DNA of 64,000 nt from an uncultured Eubacteriales bacterium (lineage in GTDB: Bacteria; Bacillota; Clostridia; Oscillospirales; CAG-272): positions 165 through 64,164 of the forward strand of contig CAKSPO010000005.1 in NCBI GenBank assembly GCA_934481515.1, given 5' to 3'. The notes under the pieces are model-generated. The model made no database searches. It worked only from the letters and a program-made list of their open reading frames with translations, and had not been told where the DNA came from. Positions 20,125 to 28,367 of this stretch are shown here, piece after piece. The position numbers were made by a program, and so were the translations under genes. Within the stretch, counting starts at the first letter, position 1, and every line of letters starts with the position of its first letter.

Positions 20125-21829
20125 GCAGGCGGTTCATGATCCCTCCGAAGGTGAGGCGTGGCTTTTTCTCCGCAAAAGCCGGTTGGGTCGGTTCCTCTGC
20201 GGCGGGAATCTCTGTATTTTCGGCAGGTGATTCTGCTGCAGAGTTTTTTTCTGCTGCAGAGGTTGTTTCTGCTGCAGAGGTCGTTTCTGCTGCAGAGGTC
20301 GTTTTGGTTGCCGTTCCCTTTGTCATCAGTGCGCCGATTTCTTCCTTGGTGGCGTTCTTTCCGTCAAGGATGCCGGTGATTCTGCCGCCGCAGATGACCA
20401 TGATTCGGTCACACAGTTCCACCAGAACGTCCAGATCTTCGCCGACGAAAATGACGGCGACGCCGGATTCCTTCTGCTGAGTCAGGAGGTGGTAGATGGT
20501 GTAGGAGGAGTTGATGTCAAGACCTCTTACCGGGTATGCCGCCATCAGAACGGACGGCGCCGCGGCAATTTCTCTTCCTACCAGAACCTTTTGTACGTTT
20601 CCGCCGGACAGGCGGCGCACCGGAACGTTGGTGCCGGGGGTCACAACTTCCAGTTCCTCAATGATGCTGTCTGCCAGTGCTTTCGGCTTTTTGCGGTCTA
20701 CAAAGAAGCTGTTTCCCTTGGAATAGCTACGGAGCATCATGTTGTCGGTGATGCCCATGTTCCCGACCAGTCCCATGCCGAGGCGATCCTCCGGAACGAA
20801 GGAAAGCCGGACACCGAGATCTCGGATCTGGAGCGGCGTTTTGTCGCGCAGATTTTCTTCTTTTCCGGTCTTGGGGTTGTTATACAGGATTTCTCCGGAG
20901 GACAGATGCTCCAGTCCCGCAATGGATTCCAGCAGTTCCCGCTGTCCGCTTCCCGCGATACCTGCGATACCGAGAATTTCTCCGGAACGGGCGGTGAAGG
21001 AAACGTCGTCGAGCACCTTGATCCCTTCCCCGTTTGTCATGCTGATATGAGAGACGCGAAGCCGATCCGTGCAGTTGTGCGGTTCGGGGCGTCCGATGTT
21101 CAAAGATATCTTTTTGCCGACCATCATTTCGGTCAGCGAGTTTTCGGTGGCGTTTTTGGTTTCCACCGTGGCGACGTGTTCTCCCTTGCGCAGAACGGCG
21201 ACCCGCTCCGAGATGGAGAGAACCTCGTGCAACTTGTGTGTGATGATGATAATGGATTTTCCGTCGTCGCGCATGCGGCGAAGGACATCAAACAGACGAT
21301 CCGTTTCCTGCGGGGTCAGAACCGCGGTCGGCTCGTCAAGAATCAGAATGTCGGCGCCGCGGTACAGAACCTTGATGATTTCCACGGTCTGTTTTTCGGA
21401 CACGGACATTTCGTGCACTTTTTTGTTGGGATCTAGAACAAAGCCGTAGCGCCGGCAAATTTCCGAAACGCGGCGCGCGGCGGCGGCGAGGTTGTACTTC
21501 TTTCCGTCGTTGATTCCCAGAATGATGTTTTCCGTTGCCGTGAATACGTCCACCAGCTTGAAGTGCTGGTGCACCATCCCGATGCCGTAGCGGAAGGCAT
21601 CCCGCGGAGAGTGGATGGTCGCTTCTTCCCCATTCACAAAAATATGTCCGGCGTCCGGATAATAGATTCCGGCAATCATGTTCATCAGGGTGGTCTTTCC
21701 GCTCCCGTTTTCGCCGAGAATCGCAAGGATTTCCCCCTTGTAGACGGTCAGACTGACGTTTTTGTTTGCGACGACCTTGCCGAAGGATTTGGTAATGTTT
21801 TTCAGTTCGAGAGCCACGGGCTTATTCAC
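20078..21829 (-). CDS. ABC transporter ATP-binding protein (duplicated NBD) with low-complexity C-terminal extension
   Basis: 583 aa; Walker A GENGSGKTT, LSVSEKQ signature, ILILDEPT, second signature LSGGNVQK; about 70-aa tail with TTSAAE repeats overlaps the next gene start. Confidence 0.9.
   Translation of the reverse strand: MNKPVALELKNITKSFGKVVANKNVSLTVYKGEILAILGENGSGKTTLMNMIAGIYYPDAGHIFVNGEEATIHSPRDAFRYGIGMVHQHFKLVDVFTATENIILGINDGKKYNLAAAARRVSEICRRYGFVLDPNKKVHEMSVSEKQTVEIIKVLYRGADILILDEPTAVLTPQETDRLFDVLRRMRDDGKSIIIITHKLHEVLSISERVAVLRKGEHVATVETKNATENSLTEMMVGKKISLNIGRPEPHNCTDRLRVSHISMTNGEGIKVLDDVSFTARSGEILGIAGIAGSGQRELLESIAGLEHLSSGEILYNNPKTGKEENLRDKTPLQIRDLGVRLSFVPEDRLGMGLVGNMGITDNMMLRSYSKGNSFFVDRKKPKALADSIIEELEVVTPGTNVPVRRLSGGNVQKVLVGREIAAAPSVLMAAYPVRGLDINSSYTIYHLLTQQKESGVAVIFVGEDLDVLVELCDRIMVICGGRITGILDGKNATKEEIGALMTKGTATKTTSAAETTSAAETTSAAEKNSAAESPAENTEIPAAEEPTQPAFAEKKPRLTFGGIMNRLLGGLGKKGSDSHENR
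20231..20302. repeat. 18-bp tandem repeat x4 (encodes TSAAE(T/K) repeats in the ATPase tail)
   Basis: CTGCTGCAGAGG recurs at 20233, 20251, 20269 and 20287. Confidence 0.8.
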
Positions 21830-21863
21830 GTTACTACCTCCATAAGAGCTTCCATAAAGAACC

Positions 21864-22177
21864 GGCGGGCTGTGCCCGCTTCCAAAAGTCGATGGGGGCA
21901 GCGGACATTGAAGCCGTGTCTCCCGGTGGGAATGTCAGCACAGTTTGCATATTAAGAGCAGGGCGGGCTGTGCCCGCTTCCAAAAGTCGATGGGGGACAG
22001 CGGACATTGAAGCCGTGTCTCCCGGTGGGAATGTCAGCACAGTTTGCATATTAAGAGCAGGGCGGGCTGTGCCCGCTTCCAAAAGTCGATGGGGACAGCG
22101 GACATTGGAGCCGTGTCTCCCGGTGGGAATGTCAGCACAGTTTGCATATTAAGAGCAGGGCGGGCTGTGCCCGCGTT
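21864..22177. repeat. 98/99-bp tandem repeat, 3 full copies plus a partial fourth
   Basis: GGCGGGCTGTGCCCGC starts at 21864, 21962, 22061 and 22159; each unit has hairpins GCGGGC-TGT-GCCCGC and GACATT..AATGTC; lies between the SBP and ATPase genes. Confidence 0.9.
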
Positions 22178-22198
22178 CGGACAGTAAAAGCAAGATAA

Positions 22199-22223
22199 GG
22201 CGGAGCAATTGCTCCGCCTTTTT
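22199..22223 (-). terminator. Intra-operon hairpin (attenuator/partial terminator) after the SBP gene
   Basis: GGCGGAGC-AATT-GCTCCGCC; a T5 run follows on the plus strand and UUAUCUUGCUUUU follows on the minus strand; 12 nt below the SBP stop. Confidence 0.5.
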
Positions 22224-22235
22224 ACAAATGCGGGA

Positions 22236-23495
22236 TTATTTAATGGTGATGCCGTCGATGTCAATGTCGAAGTACGGAGCGGAACGGAAGTCCTTGCCGG
22301 ACTCATCGAAATAACCGTCGTGAATGACATTGTGGTCGGGCGTGAAAGCGGCATCGGTGTCAACGTCAGCCATGTACTCGGTCAGGGTCTTGCCTTTCAC
22401 GGTGAACTTGGAGGTGTCGAATACCTTGAGAGAACCGTCCTTCAGCTTTGCGGCAACTTCCTTCAGCTTGTCCAGAGTTCCCTTTGCGGCAACGCTCTCG
22501 TTGATGCCGGTCAGAACCACGGAACCTTCTGCAATACCGCCGCACCAGTCGGTGTCGATCTCAGTATTGGTGGAAACGCACTTGATGATATAGAGGAAGT
22601 AAGGAGCCCAGTCGATTCTGGAAGAAAGGATGAAAGAGTTGGGGCACTCTTCAAAGGTGCTGCCGTTGTAGGAGATGTTGGGAACATTCTTGCTCTCGCA
22701 GGCAGAAGGAGCACCCATGGAGTCTGCGTGCTGGCTGATCAGAACGCAACCGTCGTTGATGAGAGCCAAAGCATTCTGACGCTCATCGTCCACGCTGAAC
22801 CAGGAGTTGGTGAAGTTGACCTTCATGGTAACGCTCTCGCAGACGGACTTTGCGCCAAGATAGAAAGCGGTGTAGCCGGACTTCACTTCCGCGTACGGGA
22901 ACGCGCCGACATAACCCATGACAGCCTGCTCCTTGGTGATCTTGCCGCTCTCGATCATCTCATTGAGCTTCAGACCTGCGGCAACGCCGGCAAGGTATCT
23001 GCCCTGGTAGATGGAAGCAAATGCATTATGGAAGTTCTTAAGACCCGCAGTGTGTGCCTGCGTTCCGGTTGCATGGCAGAACTGAACGTTGGGGTTCTCC
23101 TTTGCAACCTCCAGCATGCCGGACTCATGACCGAAGGAGTCCGCAAAAATCAGATCACATCCGGCCTCAACAAGCTCCTTTGCTGCCTTGGGGCACTCCT
23201 CTTCCTCGTTGACGGGATACTTGAAGAGAACCTGCTCGTTGGAAAGGCCAAGAAGAGTCTGAACCTTCTTTGCCGCATCCATGAAGTTCTTGTCGTAGGT
23301 GGAGTTTTCGTCGTGCAGGAAGATGAAACCGATCTTCAGATCCTTCTTGACCGTAAAGTCAACCTTCAGATCCTTTTCGGGAAGGGGGGACTCGCTCAGC
23401 TTGTCACCGTCGTCGTTGCCGCAGGAAGCAAAGCCTGCGCACAGACCCGCCAGCATAAAGCAAACGAGACACAGAGAAAGGATTTTCTTGAACAT
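22236..23495 (-). CDS. BMP-family ABC substrate-binding lipoprotein (nucleoside/purine-type)
   Basis: 419 aa; lipobox LAGLCAGFASCG; BMP/PnrA-like body; upstream of the cognate ATPase and permeases. Confidence 0.9.
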   Translation of the reverse strand: MFKKILSLCLVCFMLAGLCAGFASCGNDDGDKLSESPLPEKDLKVDFTVKKDLKIGFIFLHDENSTYDKNFMDAAKKVQTLLGLSNEQVLFKYPVNEEEECPKAAKELVEAGCDLIFADSFGHESGMLEVAKENPNVQFCHATGTQAHTAGLKNFHNAFASIYQGRYLAGVAAGLKLNEMIESGKITKEQAVMGYVGAFPYAEVKSGYTAFYLGAKSVCESVTMKVNFTNSWFSVDDERQNALALINDGCVLISQHADSMGAPSACESKNVPNISYNGSTFEECPNSFILSSRIDWAPYFLYIIKCVSTNTEIDTDWCGGIAEGSVVLTGINESVAAKGTLDKLKEVAAKLKDGSLKVFDTSKFTVKGKTLTEYMADVDTDAAFTPDHNVIHDGYFDESGKDFRSAPYFDIDIDGITIK

Positions 23496-23593
23496 GGATA
23501 TGTTCCTCCTAAAATAGTGTTATTTATTTATGGGGCTTGCACCCCCATAAACCGATGGAAAAAACAGAAGGGCGTAACCCTGATGCTCTGCTT

Positions 23594-24166
23594 TCAGCAG
23601 AACCTGATTCCGTCCTCTGTGCTCATGGAAGCGATCCGCGCCAGAGATTCCACACGGACTCCCTGCTCCCGGATCATGGCGCCTCCGCCCTGATAGGCTT
23701 TTTCAATTACAATTCCGGCACCGACCACTACAGCCCCCGCCTGCCGGCAGAGGTCGATCAGCGCATTCAGCGCACTTCCGTTGGCGAGAAAGTCGTCAAT
23801 AATGAGAACCTTATCCGCTGCGGACAGATAGCTTTTTGATACAAATATGTTATGGTCGGTGTTGTGCGTATAGGAGTGTGCCTTCGATACCCACAGCTTG
23901 TCCGAGAGATTGGAGGTTTTTGCTTTTTTCGCAAACAGCACCGGACAATGAAAAAATTGCGCTGTAATACATGCGATCCCGATTCCACTGGCTTCAATGG
24001 TCAGAATTTTGTTTACACCGCAATCCGCAAATCTGTTCCGGAACTCTTCGCCCAGAAGATACAGAAAGTCCACGTCAATCTGATGGTTCAGAAAACTATC
24101 CACCTTCAGGACATCTCCGGCATACACTTTCCCGTCTGTCCGGATTCTCTGCTCCAAAAGCTGCAT
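23594..24166 (-). CDS. xpt: Xanthine phosphoribosyltransferase
   Basis: 190 aa; LKVDSFLNHQID.., ILTIEASGI, PRPP-binding VLIIDDFLANGSA. Confidence 0.9.
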   Translation of the reverse strand: MQLLEQRIRTDGKVYAGDVLKVDSFLNHQIDVDFLYLLGEEFRNRFADCGVNKILTIEASGIGIACITAQFFHCPVLFAKKAKTSNLSDKLWVSKAHSYTHNTDHNIFVSKSYLSAADKVLIIDDFLANGSALNALIDLCRQAGAVVVGAGIVIEKAYQGGGAMIREQGVRVESLARIASMSTEDGIRFC

Positions 24167-24216
24167 GTGAACTCCTCCTTTTCCACAAAAATGAAAAAAG
24201 CAACGATCATACCAAT

Positions 24217-24245
24217 ATTATAACGGATTCTTCCTGAATAATCAA
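24217..24245 (-). promoter_or_regulatory. Candidate promoter of the xpt-ABC operon
   Basis: Minus strand reads TTGATT, 17 nt, TATAAT; leaves only a ~45-nt leader. Confidence 0.55.
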
Positions 24246-24384
24246 TAGACAAACATTCAAAAATCCGTCAGCTTTTCATCACATTTTTTGGCATTATGCC
24301 GAAAGTGCGCGAAACGGATTTGATTTGGTCTTATGAAACAAAAAACGATCGATCCCGCAAGTGTCTTGTCTGTTTGGGAAAATG

Positions 24385-24592
24385 CGTACAAGCATTCCGG
24401 TTCCCTATCGGTTGGCATTGGCGGTCGGGATAGAAGAATTTTTTCGTCCGGCGGAAAGCGGAAACAAAAATGAAAAACGACCGGGAGGAAAAACAGTTTT
24501 TCGGCGTTGTGCAAGTGTTCCGGCTCTATCTAACTTGGTGGGGGCGGGGTCGACCCGCCCGTTCGCGCGGATTTCGCGGTATATCAGATAGG
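24385..24592. repeat. REP-like repeat block R6 (single unit)
   Basis: Tandem-unit remnants, then ..GAAAAACAGTTTTTCGGCG..GTTCCGG.., then the core at 24538. Confidence 0.75.
24538..24561 (+). repeat. REP core, short form, GTGG head
   Basis: gtgggggcggggtcgacccgcccg. Confidence 0.8.
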
Positions 24593-24877
24593 GATATCAA
24601 CAACCACGGTTCCGGTTCCCTTCAAGTCCGGCAGGGAGCGGGCATTTATTTCTGGCAAAGCAACCGAGCTTTCCATCTGTTCACACATTTTTTCTGCCGA
24701 GTACGGATCAATCGCATATTTCGAAGTTTTCGGAACGCCGTAATTTTTTTGTAAAAACTCATCGTATTTTTTTAGAAAAGAAAGCCGCTCACTTACCGTA
24801 AAATCCTCATTATCCGTAAAATCACTGTAAGCTTTTTTATGTTTTTGATCGACTTGTATAAATTCATAATACGGCAT
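24584..24877 (-). CDS. Hypothetical protein (low-G+C islet)
   Basis: 97-aa ORF with no recognisable motif; its 3' end runs into repeat block R6. Confidence 0.35.
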   Translation of the reverse strand: MPYYEFIQVDQKHKKAYSDFTDNEDFTVSERLSFLKKYDEFLQKNYGVPKTSKYAIDPYSAEKMCEQMESSVALPEINARSLPDLKGTGTVVVDIPI

Positions 24878-24932
24878 TTTTGGATATGAATGTTCTTCTA
24901 ATTTTCAAAATCCGCAATATCATTCTGATTTT

Positions 24933-25196
24933 TTAGAAGATATTAACGCCTTTTTCAAGTGCTTTTATTGAATACTCAACATGCAAAAATGTCGGTAAAC
25001 AAATATCAAAAATATCCAATTTCTCTTTTTCAAGCATTTCTTCAAGTGCAGAATAATGGCGTTTATCCGGATATTTTTCCATCTGCTCTGGTCTTATGTC
25101 ACAAAGTGCCACAAGCTCTGCATCTTTCATTGCGTCTCATGCAGGAATATGCGCGCCGCTTATTCCGCCGACACCTATCAAACCAACCTTCAACAT
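24933..25196 (-). pseudogene. Gfo/Idh/MocA-family oxidoreductase remnant (in-frame TGA, truncated after ~87 codons)
   Basis: ATG at 25196 gives MLKVGLIGVGGISGAHIPA (Rossmann GxGxxG); TGA at 25137-25139; the same frame continues DAMKDAELVALCDIRPEQ...ALEKGVNIF then stops; full-length family members are several-fold longer. Confidence 0.7.
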
Positions 25197-25200
25197 AGCT

Positions 25201-26037
25201 TTAACCTCCGTATACCTGTGATATTATATTTTCTAAATAAATTTTTGCGTCTGTAATATCCTTTGTTTGCTGTTCGCCACTTATTTCGCGCTCTATAGTA
25301 ATATAGGAATCATAGTTCAGTTCATGTAGTTTTTTGATAAGGGCTGTAAAATCAACCTTACCCTCACCGATTTTTGCTTCTTTACCGAGCTCGCTGCCGT
25401 TTGTCGGGTAAAACCCGTCTTTCGCGTGCAGATTTCTTACATATTTTCCGAAAACATCCAACGCGTCCACAGGATTGGCCTTGCCGTACAAAATTACATT
25501 CGCCGTATCCAAATTAACACCCAAATTATCGGTACCGATTTTTTCAAAACACCTGAGCATTGTAACAGGAGTTTCCTGACCCGCCTCAAACAACAAATAC
25601 TGACCGTTCTTTTTCAAATACCTTGCTACCGTTCTTACAGCAACGCAAAATGTATTAAAGTTTGGATCGTTTGGATTTTCTGGAATAAATCCCATATGAG
25701 TCACAACATCGGTAACTCCGAGTAGCTTTGCAAAATCCGCTCCCTTACACAGATTCTGAATTCGCATAACGCGGTAGTCAGGTGGCACAAGTCCAAGTGT
25801 TATCTGACCGTCATAAAAATCCCAAATGCAAGGGCCTTGCCAGCCGCACCAGAATGCTGAAATCGTAATACCCAACTCTTTGGTGCAGTTATTGATTATT
25901 TCTGCATTTTCCTTTGTCCATATATCCGGATTCCAAGAGCAAAGCTGGCAATTATCAAACCCATATTCTCCGAGTTTTTCAAACCGCTCTCTTATTCCGT
26001 CAACCGTATCAAAGCTTACCATAGTTCCTATTTTCAT
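25201..26037 (-). CDS. Sugar phosphate isomerase/epimerase (xylose-isomerase-like TIM barrel)
   Basis: 278 aa; family-like layout incl. VVTHMGF, LLFEAGQE, NLDTANV, LHAKD; low G+C. Confidence 0.8.
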   Translation of the reverse strand: MKIGTMVSFDTVDGIRERFEKLGEYGFDNCQLCSWNPDIWTKENAEIINNCTKELGITISAFWCGWQGPCIWDFYDGQITLGLVPPDYRVMRIQNLCKGADFAKLLGVTDVVTHMGFIPENPNDPNFNTFCVAVRTVARYLKKNGQYLLFEAGQETPVTMLRCFEKIGTDNLGVNLDTANVILYGKANPVDALDVFGKYVRNLHAKDGFYPTNGSELGKEAKIGEGKVDFTALIKKLHELNYDSYITIEREISGEQQTKDITDAKIYLENIISQVYGG

Positions 26038-26858
26038 ATTGTTTTCTCCTTATCATTCAAATAATTGCATATATCTTTGATATCCTGTTCATTCACCTTG
26101 GAATGTGCCTCGATTATATAAGGTATGTCCGGATGTTCCGCAAAAATCATCGGCATTACTTCATTCAGCTTAGCCAATCCAGTTCCGTAAGGAACACCGT
26201 AAAGGCGTTTTCCGTTATCACATAAAAATCCGCCTTTTTCAACATAACCGAAATCCTTAACATGCACCATCTCAGTAAAATTTCTCAGCCTGTTATAGGC
26301 CTCTTTCGTATCACATTCCACGCACACAAAATTAGCCGTATCAAAGTTAAAGTGGACTCCGTGCGCCTCGTTTAGCAACCTTAAAATTTCTTCCGGCGTT
26401 GAAAACGGCAGAAGTGTTGATGAAATATTTTCAATAAATATTTCAATTCCGCTTTGCTCTGCCCTGCGAGCAAGATATCGCAGTCCCTCTGCCATACGGA
26501 CAGCCGCGCGTTCTTTATCGTCGGGTCCGTTCACATCATCTGTGTATGCCGGAACAATCATTACTCTTTTGCAGTGAAGCTGTTCGGCTCTCTCAATAGC
26601 TTTACCACACAATTCCAGCGCAGCGGAAAACACCGCGTCGGCTTTAGCCATAAGATGACATACAATATGAATACAAAGCGTGCTTATACCGTATTCATCA
26701 AGGGCGGCAGACAACCCATTAGGTAAGTTTTCAATATCCGAGTAATCAAATTGTATGCCGCTTATTCCGTTTTCTTTAAGAAAACTCATCATTGCCGAAT
26801 AATCGTCGGCCAATCCATCGCATCGGTTTATGTTGTTGTAAAAAATGCCTTTAATCAT
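26034..26858 (-). CDS. Sugar phosphate isomerase/epimerase (TIM barrel) paralogue
   Basis: ORF 26034-26912; start placed at MIKGIFYNN after the RBS-like GAAAGGAAAGG; motifs IFIENIS, NFDTANF, VHVKD; 4-nt overlap with the downstream gene. Confidence 0.75.
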   Translation of the reverse strand: MIKGIFYNNINRCDGLADDYSAMMSFLKENGISGIQFDYSDIENLPNGLSAALDEYGISTLCIHIVCHLMAKADAVFSAALELCGKAIERAEQLHCKRVMIVPAYTDDVNGPDDKERAAVRMAEGLRYLARRAEQSGIEIFIENISSTLLPFSTPEEILRLLNEAHGVHFNFDTANFVCVECDTKEAYNRLRNFTEMVHVKDFGYVEKGGFLCDNGKRLYGVPYGTGLAKLNEVMPMIFAEHPDIPYIIEAHSKVNEQDIKDICNYLNDKEKTI

Positions 26859-27042
26859 TGCCTTTCCTTTCAAGTTTAATTTCCTGCAAACGTTCGGAAT
26901 TATCGAAAACATACTCGGCTGCCGGTGACGGCTGAATAGGATTGTTTAAGAAACGAATATTGCCGTCAGCAATCTTTGCCTTATCGGTATATAAATACCA
27001 CCCTGCAAATTCACTTGTACGCGGAGAAAGCTTTGCCAGCAT
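26851..27042 (-). CDS. Small ORF or gene remnant, unknown
   Basis: 63-aa ORF starting 5 nt after the AraC stop and overlapping the start of the next gene; no motif recognised. Confidence 0.25.
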   Translation of the reverse strand: MLAKLSPRTSEFAGWYLYTDKAKIADGNIRFLNNPIQPSPAAEYVFDNSERLQEIKLERKGND

Positions 27043-27047
27043 CGTCT

Positions 27048-27971
27048 TTAACTCGACACGGGTACCACCTGCGTAGGCTTTGGCTGCTTCCCTGCGCGCA
27101 GCCTGGATGGGGCACAGCCGACGATTTCAAGAAAAATCCGGTTGAATGAACGGACACTTTGAAATCCGCATTTTTCGAGGATTACGGAGAGCGGCTCGTC
27201 TGTGGAGAGAATCAGCTCCTTTGCGTGCTCGCAACGGTATTGGTTTACCAGCGTCCGGAAGTGAATCTGCAGTGTTTCATGGAACATCCGGGACAGATAG
27301 TGATACTCATAACACAACGCCGTTGCCGCGGAGGAAAGCGTAATGTCCTCCGCGTAATGCGTTTCGATGTAGTTCAGAATCTGAAAAATCAGCGCGTCAT
27401 TCTGCGTCTTTTTCTGCCAGGTCTGCAAAGGGTACGCTTCCTCAAATTCCGCCGCAACCGCGTAGAGACAGGATTTCAGCCGGTTTCGTTCCGGTCGTGC
27501 TGCGGTAACACTGCACTCCTCTTCCGACTCCTCTCCTGCTACGCGTTTTTTTTCGCCGCATGCGGGCATCGCATACGATCCGGGTTCGTCCGGTGTAAGA
27601 CCGGTTCCCACGGAGAGATAGCGCAAAAGATACAGCCGGCTTTCCTCGGACATCGTAAACCGGTTTTCCGGCGGAAGCAGTCCGGAGATGGCAGAGGAAA
27701 AGGAGGAGATCATCGCCCCCGAAAAAACGGCAATAAAGAAGTGCGCGTCCGGGTGGGAACGGATTTCGTGGAGCTGGTACGGCAGAATCAGAACCGCCTC
27801 TCCGGCACGCAGACAATAGGAGGTGCGATCTACCGTGGCCTGCAGCTCTCCCGACAGAACGAGAATCAGCTCAAATCCCCGGTGAAGATGCAACCCCCAG
27901 GAAGCATTCCGGTAAAAGATCCCGTTGTAAATATCATCTCCGATGGAGTTGTCTGTCTGATGAAAAAACAT
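27048..27971 (-). CDS. AraC-family transcriptional regulator (cupin sensor plus HTH)
   Basis: 307 aa; N-terminal cupin-like HLHRGFELILVLSG; C-terminal AraC HTH ..ITLSSAATALCYEYHYLSRMFHE..ILEKCGFQSVRSFNRIF. Confidence 0.85.
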   Translation of the reverse strand: MFFHQTDNSIGDDIYNGIFYRNASWGLHLHRGFELILVLSGELQATVDRTSYCLRAGEAVLILPYQLHEIRSHPDAHFFIAVFSGAMISSFSSAISGLLPPENRFTMSEESRLYLLRYLSVGTGLTPDEPGSYAMPACGEKKRVAGEESEEECSVTAARPERNRLKSCLYAVAAEFEEAYPLQTWQKKTQNDALIFQILNYIETHYAEDITLSSAATALCYEYHYLSRMFHETLQIHFRTLVNQYRCEHAKELILSTDEPLSVILEKCGFQSVRSFNRIFLEIVGCAPSRLRAGKQPKPTQVVPVSS

Positions 27972-28367
27972 AATTCCTCCGGATTGTTCGCGCTGCGCGC
28001 TTTTTTACCTGCCGGTTCCGGCTTCGAAGCCGAAGGGAAACAGGAACAAACGGGCGGGACGCGGATTCAAAAAAGGTTGTTTTGCTCCCTGTCCGCTCTG
28101 TCCCGAATGGGCGCGATTCCCTTTTATGGTGCATCAGAATCATGTTCAGGCATGCGCGGCTCGGCGCGCTTTTCCGCTCATATGCCTGCAAAATGATCCG
28201 CATAAAACAGTTGCAACGGCGAGGGAATCGCCGCCCGGTCGTTGCAATACTTCCCGGCATATCGCCGGAACGGGAAAAGATAAGATCCGGGATAAGGTAT
28301 GGTCGGAAACAGTCTCTTCCGGAACCGCTCCGCTTCGGAAACTTTCCGGCCGTACCCCGTTGAAGAT

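Noticed and set aside
21834-22152. 82-aa and 86-aa ORFs with internally repeated peptides
   Set aside because: Both are produced by reading through the 98-bp tandem repeat on opposite strands. There is no start context, and they lie inside an operon spacer.
24167-24360. Purine (guanine) riboswitch expected upstream of xpt
   Set aside because: A TTGATT-17-TATAAT promoter leaves only about 45 nt of leader. I could not find the conserved purine-riboswitch three-way-junction sequence (..UAUAAUCGCG..CCGGGCACCGUAAAUGUCCGACUA..-like) on the minus strand.
25137-25139. TGA read as Trp or selenocysteine (alternative code or recoding) in the oxidoreductase gene
   Set aside because: TGA terminates bona fide genes here (e.g. 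gyrA at 1581-1583). The gene is also truncated at its 3' end, and no SECIS-like hairpin is obvious. Simple nonsense decay is the better explanation.
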